Source: a virus. From it: DNA of 62,866 bases. The notes below the pieces were generated by a model that saw only the letters and a program-made list of their open reading frames with translations, ran no database searches and had not been told where the DNA came from. Location of the stretch: IMG/VR virus record IMGVR_UViG_3300047586_000083, positions 1 to 62,866 of that record, one strand, 5' to 3'. A program made the translations under genes and the position numbers. Position 1 is the stretch's first letter; each line of letters begins with the position of its first letter. Positions 27,501 through 35,565 of the stretch are shown here, one piece after another.

Positions 27501-29523
27501 GGAACAGTTGAAGTAGTCCAGTGGCGCCGCTAGGAATCAAGGTTGACCGGCAGGCAGTTCGGATTTGCCGAATTAAGTCAGAGCCAGAAATCCGCTGGGA
27601 CAATCCAAAGTTGACTTTGAATCTGGCATGTGTTTGGATTCCACTGGCAAGATAGGTAACATTTGAGAGCGCTCCAACAAAAGCCACAGTGATAGTAAGC
27701 TGATCGTAACTATCAACAGTATCCACTACCTTTTGAATGCCATTGATGTATATGGTATCACCCGGTTTAAGATCGCCAAAGTCATTGCCACTTGTATGGG
27801 TGACTGTCAACCCATCAACGGCGACATCTACAAACCCAGAAATGCCATTGTAAGTGATTGACTCATCATAGAACAAGGCAGCATTGGCAAAGGTCTGAAT
27901 ATCAAGATCCTCATACCGCCAACCTACCCACACAAGCGCATCCATCATCACCCAGGCTGGGTTGTTAGTGAATGCCTCATAATGAATATTGCCTCCAGTT
28001 CCCGTTCCATCCGCTACACCAGGACATGGAAATATGATTGTTCCAGGCGGTCCCCATCCCCATCCGGTGAGTGAAGTATAATTGCCATCAATTCCAGTGA
28101 GTGTATTACCAGTGATAGAGAATGGTAATGGATCATTACTGGCTATGTCAGTATTAGGCCCAATCAATGTAGCAGTAGCCACTTCACTGGCAACTGTAAT
28201 GGAGGTGATGTATTGGTACTTGCGGATCTTTGGCCCATCTACCAGGACCCGCACCCGAGGCACATTTGAGGAAGTGGTAAGTTGTCGAGGCACATTGACA
28301 TTTATCACCTTCAAACTACCATATGGATCACCGTGACTGTTTGGTATAGTGCCACGGTTACAAGCTCCAGTCCGGTCACCAGAACTCACCTCGGTCCAGA
28401 AAAGCTGAAGGGCAATCTGCTCATTCTGATCCGGCCCATAGGTTGAGAGCTTACTTACTTCAATATCATTTACAATGACCTTACGGACACTCTGTAAAGG
28501 TCCCATCCCCAACAGGACATCCATAGCCGTGTAGTTGGCATCTCCGCAAATGTTCAGAATGAGTGGATCAATCCAATATGTTCCCCAACCCATAGGAACA
28601 TAGTCGTGATACTTCCCTTCATTTTGGGAGTTATACCCAGTCATCAACTCTTTCTGACCGTATCCCCTGGAACGGAACTGAGCAGGTGGGTCCCAAAGAA
28701 TGCCACCAAAACGGGCCGTGCCACGCCCGGCTTGATCCTTCTCTATCGGACTGTAAGGGGCATACGGGTTGGCGATAGCCCGGTTACCCAACCTGTCAAG
28801 ACATTCATCCAGAGTATAGTTGCAACTCTGGTAATGCCCACCACCCGGTTGCGCGTTTCCTCTTGCATTACCTCCACTAGCAAGATAGGAATAACCACAG
28901 TGCCAAGCTGGAGAGGAAGGGTCATCAGCGGCGGATTGCTGAGCTATAGTGGCATCATCCAGGATCATCCCACTGGTATCAGGAAAGATCCAAGGGCAAC
29001 GTTTCTGGATTCGGACGGCGGGCAAATGCGACTGATTCATGTTCATCCGGCTTACAGCCTGAACCCGCAACGTTGTTTCTGTCAACTTGCCCGGCCCGCA
29101 TGTGCCGACAAAAATGGTCTGATAGTCCGTGGAGAAATCATTCTGACCAACATCCCAAAAGAGATAGTACATCGACAACTTGGCACCTTTGAAACCTAGG
29201 GTCTTTTCATAAGCCCACATAGTCTTGTCAGCATCAGCTAACTCAAGTGTAACTGTTGGTGTTACATCAATGCCATTCTCAGAAAGTGCCTGGGTGGCGA
29301 CAATCTCTTGATTCTTGATCCTTGCCTCAAACTCCGCGCCGTTATGTGGGAACCCGGTTATGCCTGATGGCACAAATCCGCCGTCAGCAGTCTTCAAGCC
29401 ATGCGTGGACAGCAGCAGAACGGTTGGGTCATCCGCCGAATCACGGAAGGTAATGGCGGCCAGCAGCAATGGCTGGTAAGTATTCTGTTGATGCTTGGCT
29501 GCGAGAATTGATCCAACTGGCAT
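24583..29523 (-). CDS. Central tail tip / host-specificity (lambda J-like) protein, 1646 aa
   Basis: Position after the distal tail protein, its size, and TAATG coupling. One GNTAANG domain at 25310-25525. Confidence 0.6.
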   Translation of the reverse strand: MPVGSILAAKHQQNTYQPLLLAAITFRDSADDPTVLLLSTHGLKTADGGFVPSGITGFPHNGAEFEARIKNQEIVATQALSENGIDVTPTVTLELADADKTMWAYEKTLGFKGAKLSMYYLFWDVGQNDFSTDYQTIFVGTCGPGKLTETTLRVQAVSRMNMNQSHLPAVRIQKRCPWIFPDTSGMILDDATIAQQSAADDPSSPAWHCGYSYLASGGNARGNAQPGGGHYQSCNYTLDECLDRLGNRAIANPYAPYSPIEKDQAGRGTARFGGILWDPPAQFRSRGYGQKELMTGYNSQNEGKYHDYVPMGWGTYWIDPLILNICGDANYTAMDVLLGMGPLQSVRKVIVNDIEVSKLSTYGPDQNEQIALQLFWTEVSSGDRTGACNRGTIPNSHGDPYGSLKVINVNVPRQLTTSSNVPRVRVLVDGPKIRKYQYITSITVASEVATATLIGPNTDIASNDPLPFSITGNTLTGIDGNYTSLTGWGWGPPGTIIFPCPGVADGTGTGGNIHYEAFTNNPAWVMMDALVWVGWRYEDLDIQTFANAALFYDESITYNGISGFVDVAVDGLTVTHTSGNDFGDLKPGDTIYINGIQKVVDTVDSYDQLTITVAFVGALSNVTYLASGIQTHARFKVNFGLSQRISGSDLIRQIRTACRSTLIPSGATGLLQLFPDQTLAGQQPSVVPGSNYNVAIQSKLANGTVANGYVAWKFDYSSILPGNSGGESSLAIDQLDIKDSPNQIAFQFYDEDNQFQTDSLSLVDSVDIVRVDQSVDGNIPVIGIPNFDQAKRVASVWIAKNFRGNQRGDTGGTYSLTFNTSFRCAHLRVGHIVLFDYTQLGIDADLLDGASNPLTGFLARVTAIKPTTNFQTAQITVQYDVDDWYVDSYEQNGFQRSNPQYRNALTRPSFPWAPYNTQPITGHAVLDLTDWQAGISQEYDQSAGNQALAQVKATGKLPINVLAKSGIYPPMINVQGTTASTGGTIKGGRTYYMQVCAVTAEDLFTAPSDPSAPCVVDVPAGTDTNTMTVPIINWPKTAIMGYVFAGTSRTRMTYQASVSITPPTNPASVTLTSYNERSWGIPDVEFNVAGIRGKRCNHAGIFGTAVAESTADTIKVGVYSDNQFTTNQFAPVDGHPYYIMLLGLKSNGIPNGQLIRTVVTTAGTVATTNNWDGTSEPIPLSSDIVGTGTSWNSGMVGKDIYISAIKGGNIVGWNTSILAVADSTHMTVVGPTDQDTETGLLYEIFTETFGSYQPLPVAMWAIESNTGDTFTLAAGSDTTLVDRGDGTTGLMMYDVVVVTMRPTIGTDATGHYIQDSNWNNALGSLGEGHLISGATNATPIVVDTLDNHGLLDRHKVYIQGVVGNTAANGVHYVNQIDANTFELYDDPELTVATAGNGTYTGGGNVQRQYTGMNPHEEKGNELYCIFGTGAGMWYKIKDNTHDRIYIDGEWQVTPDESSVFVINKPNWEFEVKSDSINNSEETTPVTFTMDVPNYLGHILFVQSFTQDGGGNEAFRSVCPWRMIYMFGNESGGAIGLSAIHITINGALAIGSDLGPITRPNGDFKATAVHIEVKQAPVGADIMVGIYLDTTLWLVLTILAGETFAEATDAEINALPSILAGDNVRVDITAVGTTTPGEDLAVSIYSN

Positions 29524-30719
29524 TAGATATACTCCACAATCGGCAAGGTGACCGAATGTTCATTAGGCCCAATATGATTCACTGCAAAGTCATCCGTATC
29601 GAATCGGCACTTGGCGCGCAGGCCATCCATTCCGGGCGTCAGCAGGCGCGGACCCGGCCCTGGCGTGGGACTACACTGACCACTGAAAAGGTCTATCACC
29701 CGTCCGCTTCCCCATGTGGCAAACCCGCCAATCAGCACCCGGATGTAAGAACTAGTGGCAAGAGTCATTGAATGATGTATCCGAATCCATTGCCCTGCCG
29801 GCAAGTCCCACGTAGTACTGCCCAGAACGCTGAACCCGGAGTCAATAAACCCGATGGATAGCTGCTGCCCAAATGACGCGGCGCGTGCCCAGATCGAAGC
29901 GCAAATCACAAACCCAGAGGCACCGCCGTCCGGTATCACGGTTGCCACCAGCAGCCCGTTGCTGCCGGAAGATGTCATGCGCCGGGCCAACACGCCACCC
30001 TTGGGATCGGTTTGGGCGCTGCCAACGGTGATGTCAGTCTTGGTCCAGGCAGCATTGCCGTAGTCATCCGAGTAGAGGATGAGGTTGCCGCCAGGGTCCA
30101 TAAACTTGAACTCACCCTTCCTACCTTCCATGCTGTAGAAAAAGTCCTGAGCCACTACTAACTCAGCATCCGTAAGCGCCGGAAGATTCACAGCCCATTT
30201 CCCGAGCGGTACGGCCTGCCATTGGTATGTGTACCGCTTCCCACTCTCCATATCCACCAGGGTGGTACGGTAGTTGAGAGAGGATGTGTATGGAAGAGCA
30301 GTCATCACGCCCGTGGCGTTGATCTGGGGGAAATAGACCGTTGCTGCCGGGATGGTGGGAACATCGGACTTGACCTGGATGACGTCAAAGGACATGCTGA
30401 ACTGATTGCGTTTGTTCTCAGTTACCTGGAATGCGTCTGTGTCAAATGCCATATTGGCATAGGTCACTCCAGCTATTGGCAGGGACCATGTGCAATCGTA
30501 GCGTCCGAATTGAGAGCGAAAGAACTGGAGCACGAGCGCCGCATCATAGGCATTGATGTTTGTGAAGGCAAGTTTGAACCTTCGCAGCATCAATCGGGCA
30601 CGCCATCGTTGCTCCGAGTTATCCATAAAACGAAGCACGCCCGTCCCAAAGGATTGGGTATCCTGTAGCGGATTGAAGACTGTGTTGCCGGACTTCAAAG
30701 TTGGGAACGTACCAGCCAT
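29523..30719 (-). CDS. Distal tail protein with a C-terminal beta-sandwich (carbohydrate-binding-like) extension
   Basis: 398 aa immediately after the tape measure (TAATG). N-terminus 'FPTLKSG...GVLRFMDNSEQRWRAR' resembles DUF2460-type distal tail proteins. Confidence 0.5.
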   Translation of the reverse strand: MAGTFPTLKSGNTVFNPLQDTQSFGTGVLRFMDNSEQRWRARLMLRRFKLAFTNINAYDAALVLQFFRSQFGRYDCTWSLPIAGVTYANMAFDTDAFQVTENKRNQFSMSFDVIQVKSDVPTIPAATVYFPQINATGVMTALPYTSSLNYRTTLVDMESGKRYTYQWQAVPLGKWAVNLPALTDAELVVAQDFFYSMEGRKGEFKFMDPGGNLILYSDDYGNAAWTKTDITVGSAQTDPKGGVLARRMTSSGSNGLLVATVIPDGGASGFVICASIWARAASFGQQLSIGFIDSGFSVLGSTTWDLPAGQWIRIHHSMTLATSSYIRVLIGGFATWGSGRVIDLFSGQCSPTPGPGPRLLTPGMDGLRAKCRFDTDDFAVNHIGPNEHSVTLPIVEYI

Positions 30720-33700
30720 TATGACACCCCCACAGCATCTTTGATGGTACTCTGGAGTGGATGCCCGAGTTGGAATTGCGCCCGCGTTGCCTCAGCAATC
30801 ATCGGGCCATTATCCATAAAGGACTTGGCATCCATCGTTGACACCCGAACGTTGATGGTGGTGGAAGGTTGACCCTGATAGGTCCGCAGCTTACCACGAT
30901 AGTCAAAGTCAGCACTGTTGCCGGCCAAGTCTTCTGTCAGGTTGATGGCTTCAGGCATTTGAAATTTTACTGATAGCCGGTCACTCATTCTCTTTTCCCA
31001 TTCCTTATATGGATTCTTGAATCCAGCAATCATACTGATCAAACCAGCAAGTGCAGAGGCTGCTGCGATAAAGGGCTGTTGTGGCCCAGGGATTGTAGCT
31101 GCAACACCCAGCCCGGCTGAAACGGCCTGACTACCACCCGCTACTCCACCCCGTTGGATACCGCTTATAATAGCAGGCACAGCAGCAGCAGCAGCCAGGG
31201 CCGTGTACCCTGGGCTGAATTTACCCTTTCCTGTGTCTGGGTCAATCTTAGGGGAGAAGAAACCTTGAAGGCCGGTCATGAACCCGCCAAAGCCTACATC
31301 CGGGCGCATATCAATCCCACCCGCTGCAGTGGTGGTACTATTGGCCAAGAAACCATTTCCGCCCAGGATATTCTTTATGACCATACCGCCATAATTGCCA
31401 TTCCCGCCAAAGATCCCACCCAGGATACCACCCAAGCCACCTGCCCCACCTAACCCTCCAGGATATCCAGCTGCTCCAGCAGTGGCACTCGGTGCACCAG
31501 TCAACACCCCACTCAATCGGTCCAATGCCTTGGTATTCCGATCTTGGGCATTGATCTGCCGATCTTGCGCCAACTTTACCGGGTCCAAACCAAAAGGAGT
31601 CCCACGCAGGATTCTGCCAAGAGGAGAAAGTTCACCCGTACCCTTGCCAGTGACAGGATCAATTTTTTCCTGCCCAGGAATCAAACCTCCAAGACGTTGC
31701 ATTTGCCCGCGCAACAACTCTTCTCCGAGATTGACAAACAACGTCTTTTTGATTTTCTCCAAATAGTTTTGAAAGAATTCACCAAATCCACCACCACTCT
31801 TCAATGAATCATACAAATCACCTAAGGTGGCCCGCAATTCTTCACTTTGCTGTTTGCGTATATTGGCAATTTCAATTTCCGTTGCCATGCGGGCATCCGC
31901 CAAATCCTTCTCCAACTTATAGGCATTCTTAAGCTCTTCCACACGAAGTTCAGTGGCAGTACGTTCTAATTCCTTACTGTCCTTAGTGCGAATGTACTCT
32001 TCAATTGAAGCTTTGCGGCGCTCTTCAATAGATTGTTGAGTGATCTGGTAATCTTCTTTAGCAGATTGAACACGGGTCTGATATTGAAGCCGAATAATAT
32101 AACCTTCATTACCAGGAAGTGCTTGTGCAGAAGCCAACTGAACAGCCCGATCACGCTCATCCTTGACGCGGGCGTTGATAACATCCCTCTCGGTGGTGGC
32201 AATCTTGAAAGCATTTTCATATGCTTCCCTTATGATGACATTTTGCTTCCGGCGCAATTCCAGAATCTGAACTTGCCGGTCAACTTCAGCGTCAGATTTT
32301 TCTTTGGTAAGTTGCGCCTCAGCCTTGACAGTAGCTATTTGATGAGTGCTTTCAGCATCTCGCAATGCTCCATCGTTCCGATTCAAAGCAAAAATGTTTC
32401 GGGCCGTTGCAAGGTCTGTATCTGCGCGCCGTAATGTGATTTCATATTCACGTTGTGCAATGGTAAGACGATCATCACGCAAAGAGTTGATCAGTTTCTC
32501 TTCTTGTGCTGGATCAAGTTGACCTTGTGCCCGAGCTACTTGTTGAGCTTGCTGACCACGTTGACGAAGTTGTTGAACTTCAATGTCAGCTTTGGTATCT
32601 GATAATTTCTGGTCACGTTTGATTTGATCGGCACTGGCATTGCGCCGTACCTTCTCCAGTTCCATGTTGTACTGCTCATTGATCTTGGATACAATGGCGC
32701 CATACTTTCCTTGAGCAGTTCGGATGGACTCTTCCAAGGCAGCCCGTTCCTTGGGATCGGATACTTGACCGGACTTACGGGCTGTCTCAGCAAATACAGT
32801 AGTGAATTGCCGGAACTCTTCCGCCACTTTAGATAGGGCTGCTGTCCGGGCTGCCTCCACTGCTGCCTCTCCAGATAATAGACCTTCTCCGGCACGCGCC
32901 GTTCCAGCTTGTGCTGCTTTCAAAGCTTCCTTAGCACGGCTGGTAAATGCCCCTAACAAGGAATCCATTTGACTGGCAAGGTCAGGAGTGATAGTAAGAT
33001 TGCCACCTGGTGCTATTGGCTTGCCAACCTGTGCCATGGCAGCTTCGATTTGGGCACGAGTGATTTTGCGCCCGCCACCAAGATCCATGTCACCACTAAG
33101 CTGATCTGCATTGCCTCGGAACAAACCACGATTTCGGTCACCTCTGGCAATGGCAAATGGAAAACCTGTATCTCTAAATTGAAACTCCCAACCACCTTGT
33201 CCTGCATCTTCCCGACGTTTCTTATATATCTTGGCAAGTTCAATTGTCAGATTTTGTTCAATGGTAAGTTGTAATTGCTGAAGTCTTTGATCTTCTTTTA
33301 GATACTCTTCACGGTCAGCAATCATTCCCATCTGGAAACGTTGCTGCACTTCTTGCCGATTCTCTTGAACCTTAGCAAGCGCCTCAGCAGCAAATTTCTG
33401 ATGCTGTTCAACTACATCCACATTGCCAAGCACTTCGGCACCAATTCCAACACCAATGCCTACTATAGTTTTTGGAATCGGCCCGCCAGGAGTAAGACGA
33501 GCAGCTATAAGTGCCAAACTAACAGCAGTAATATGTTTTGCCAGATTTTGATATGCCTCTGCATTCTCCTGAATGTCCTTAGTGGCTCCAGTTAGAAACT
33601 GAACAACTCGTTGAAGGACAGGAATGAAACCTTCTCCCAAAGCATTCCGAGCTTCATCCACATAACGTTTCATTGACTGCATCTGGCCAGCAGCCGTAGT

Positions 33701-34474
33701 TAAGGACACCTCATAAGTGCCCATGATACGTGGACCTTTAGCCAAAACTTCATTCAGTGCAATGTTGGCACGTTCATAGTCAGTAAGTGTCTCACGTGTC
33801 TTCCCAATTGCAGCCGCGCCACGGATGAAAGCCTGCTCGAAACTGACTTGAATACCATAAGTGCGCAGCATTTGAATACGCTGCTCAACAATACCAGCTA
33901 TGATGCCATTCAATGCTTCAGATGAACTAATGCCAGCAATCTTGGCAGCGTTCTGTGACAACCGGGCTAAGTCAGTGGCTTTGTTCAAATCTAATTGAGC
34001 AAAGATCATCCTGTTGATGGTCTCACGGGATTCCTGAGTGGTAATACCCAAAGCCTTGACGGCATCCGCTTGTGCCCTGACGGCGGACACACTTAACCCG
34101 TTGGTCCTGGCCAACTGATCCATCACTGTATTTAGTTGCTGAGTGCGGGCTGCATACAAGGCCGATTCCACTGTAACTTCTTTCAAAGCCCTAGCAGCCC
34201 CCATGATGGCTTCACTGTAAAGAATACCTTTGACAACAGCAGCCCCCATGGTTTCAGTATTTCGACTGCGGGCACCAGCAGATTCAGACTCGGCAGCTGA
34301 GACGGACTTCAAGGACACCACCAGTTCACCGTTGCTCTTGGTTAGAGAGGCAGTGACCTTTGCGCCCTTTTCCAACTCGGTGTTAACGCCAGAAACACCT
34401 TGGCGGAGAGCAGCTAGGACTGCCTGGTTGTCCGCTTTGATCTGGAATATAAGTTGTACCGTCTCAGTTGCCAT
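30719..34474 (-). CDS. Tape measure protein
   Basis: 1251 aa, long Gln/Glu/Arg/Ala coiled-coil region, Gly-rich hydrophobic C-terminal third, preceded by the G/GT-type chaperone. At the usual ~0.15 nm per residue this implies a tail of roughly 190 nm. Confidence 0.85.
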   Translation of the reverse strand: MATETVQLIFQIKADNQAVLAALRQGVSGVNTELEKGAKVTASLTKSNGELVVSLKSVSAAESESAGARSRNTETMGAAVVKGILYSEAIMGAARALKEVTVESALYAARTQQLNTVMDQLARTNGLSVSAVRAQADAVKALGITTQESRETINRMIFAQLDLNKATDLARLSQNAAKIAGISSSEALNGIIAGIVEQRIQMLRTYGIQVSFEQAFIRGAAAIGKTRETLTDYERANIALNEVLAKGPRIMGTYEVSLTTAAGQMQSMKRYVDEARNALGEGFIPVLQRVVQFLTGATKDIQENAEAYQNLAKHITAVSLALIAARLTPGGPIPKTIVGIGVGIGAEVLGNVDVVEQHQKFAAEALAKVQENRQEVQQRFQMGMIADREEYLKEDQRLQQLQLTIEQNLTIELAKIYKKRREDAGQGGWEFQFRDTGFPFAIARGDRNRGLFRGNADQLSGDMDLGGGRKITRAQIEAAMAQVGKPIAPGGNLTITPDLASQMDSLLGAFTSRAKEALKAAQAGTARAGEGLLSGEAAVEAARTAALSKVAEEFRQFTTVFAETARKSGQVSDPKERAALEESIRTAQGKYGAIVSKINEQYNMELEKVRRNASADQIKRDQKLSDTKADIEVQQLRQRGQQAQQVARAQGQLDPAQEEKLINSLRDDRLTIAQREYEITLRRADTDLATARNIFALNRNDGALRDAESTHQIATVKAEAQLTKEKSDAEVDRQVQILELRRKQNVIIREAYENAFKIATTERDVINARVKDERDRAVQLASAQALPGNEGYIIRLQYQTRVQSAKEDYQITQQSIEERRKASIEEYIRTKDSKELERTATELRVEELKNAYKLEKDLADARMATEIEIANIRKQQSEELRATLGDLYDSLKSGGGFGEFFQNYLEKIKKTLFVNLGEELLRGQMQRLGGLIPGQEKIDPVTGKGTGELSPLGRILRGTPFGLDPVKLAQDRQINAQDRNTKALDRLSGVLTGAPSATAGAAGYPGGLGGAGGLGGILGGIFGGNGNYGGMVIKNILGGNGFLANSTTTAAGGIDMRPDVGFGGFMTGLQGFFSPKIDPDTGKGKFSPGYTALAAAAAVPAIISGIQRGGVAGGSQAVSAGLGVAATIPGPQQPFIAAASALAGLISMIAGFKNPYKEWEKRMSDRLSVKFQMPEAINLTEDLAGNSADFDYRGKLRTYQGQPSTTINVRVSTMDAKSFMDNGPMIAEATRAQFQLGHPLQSTIKDAVGVS

Positions 34475-34480
34475 TGTAAG

Positions 34481-34909
34481 TTACCTCGCCAATTGAATCA
34501 TTGCCTGATCCACTTCCATCTTGGCGTTTTCTATACGGTTGTCTTCATACAGAAAAATGGAGAATGCATCAAACACATCTGCCGGCCAACACGATAGGTC
34601 AGGCCCATACATAGCACATCCCTCGAATCGGCGTGACTCGGCAAAGTCCAACAGCATTTGCATGATCCATCCGGTAGTAAGAGACACCGGACACTCGTTG
34701 CTGCTGATGTCGTTTACCTGGACCAAGTGCCCGCGCCCGGATGTGTATGATGGTACCCACCATTGTTCCCTTTCCGGCGCTACTTGGTCAGGGAAGTATC
34801 GGGTGCAGTTTCGAGTGGCATGCCAGCGATGGCGTTGGCATCGGGCGCAATTGTATCGCTCGTTTGCCCATCCACCACTGCGCCAGAAGTGGTAGGCAAC
34901 CCTAAATTT
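34481..34909 (-). CDS. -1 frame extension of the tail assembly chaperone (GT-like fusion product)
   Basis: The frame open from 34969 to 34481 is -1 relative to 34780..35427 ((35427-34969) mod 3 = 2). It ends 6 nt before the tape-measure ATG. Confidence 0.55.
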   Translation of the reverse strand, partial: KFRVAYHFWRSGGWANERYNCARCQRHRWHATRNCTRYFPDQVAPEREQWWVPSYTSGRGHLVQVNDISSNECPVSLTTGWIMQMLLDFAESRRFEGCAMYGPDLSCWPADVFDAFSIFLYEDNRIENAKMEVDQAMIQLAR

Positions 34910-35427
34910 GATTTCAGGGCAGAAGGTAGCCCGGCCTGTTCCTTGATGGCGGCAATGATCTCTTGGCAAAGGTCTTCCGGCCCGCGTTCATACAACAATT
35001 TAGCGCCGGGCGTCTTGCCCTCAATCTCGATGCCTGTAATGCTGACCAAGCCCTCCTGTAGATAGACAAGGTCAACCTCGGCAGCCGTGATGATAGAGAT
35101 TTCATTGTTGATGTCGCTGATGCGCTCGATGACGGCCAGCTGGCTGGCGGTGAAACGCTGCGGAGTGGGTTGCTGGTCTGGTTGTCCAGCATCATCCAAA
35201 GGTATCACCAATTGGATGCCCACCGGCGCAGCGGGTTGATCCAATGAGGATTCCTCGATGAGCTCATTGATCCGTTCTGTCTTCTCTCGGATCTTGGAAA
35301 GAGCAGGCGCAAGCTGTTGACGGACCCGTGAACGAAGGCCGTGGCTGAACTTGCGAATGATGAAACTGACTTCCTCAAAACCCTCTGTCTGAGAGTTGAG
35401 GGTGACTTGCGGTTCGTATTTGGTCAT
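34780..35427 (-). CDS. Tail assembly chaperone (G-like, zero-frame product)
   Basis: 215 aa directly between the major tail protein and the tape measure. Carries an in-frame slippery heptamer. Confidence 0.65.
   Translation of the reverse strand: MTKYEPQVTLNSQTEGFEEVSFIIRKFSHGLRSRVRQQLAPALSKIREKTERINELIEESSLDQPAAPVGIQLVIPLDDAGQPDQQPTPQRFTASQLAVIERISDINNEISIITAAEVDLVYLQEGLVSITGIEIEGKTPGAKLLYERGPEDLCQEIIAAIKEQAGLPSALKSNLGLPTTSGAVVDGQTSDTIAPDANAIAGMPLETAPDTSLTK
34903..34909 (-). other. Programmed -1 ribosomal frameshift slippery heptamer A AAU UUA
   Basis: Minus-strand tcA AAT TTA in the zero frame (codon start 34908 = 35427 - 3x173). After the slip it reads AAA TTT AGG = KFR, matching the -1 ORF. 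Confidence 0.55.
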
Positions 35428-35484
35428 TGGCGTGTCTCCAGGGCTAACTATGGTTGGTCAGCCGCTCAAACAAGTATACTACTC

Positions 35485-35520
35485 GGGCAGCCCGCCAGGA
35501 GAAGGTCAAACGGGCTGCCC
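35485..35520 (-). terminator. Hairpin downstream of the major tail protein gene (possible attenuator)
   Basis: Perfect 10-bp stem gggcagcccg/cgggctgccc with a 16-nt loop. No clear U tract. Confidence 0.4.
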
Positions 35521-35565
35521 GTCCTTACACCGAGCGCACGCCAAACGCCCAGTGCGAGGGAGTTG

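Noticed and set aside
34910-34969. Treating 34481..34969 as a free-standing 162-aa gene from its first Met
   Set aside because: That start lies deep inside the chaperone ORF and has no SD. A -1 frameshift fusion is the better explanation, or at most an internal start near 34663.
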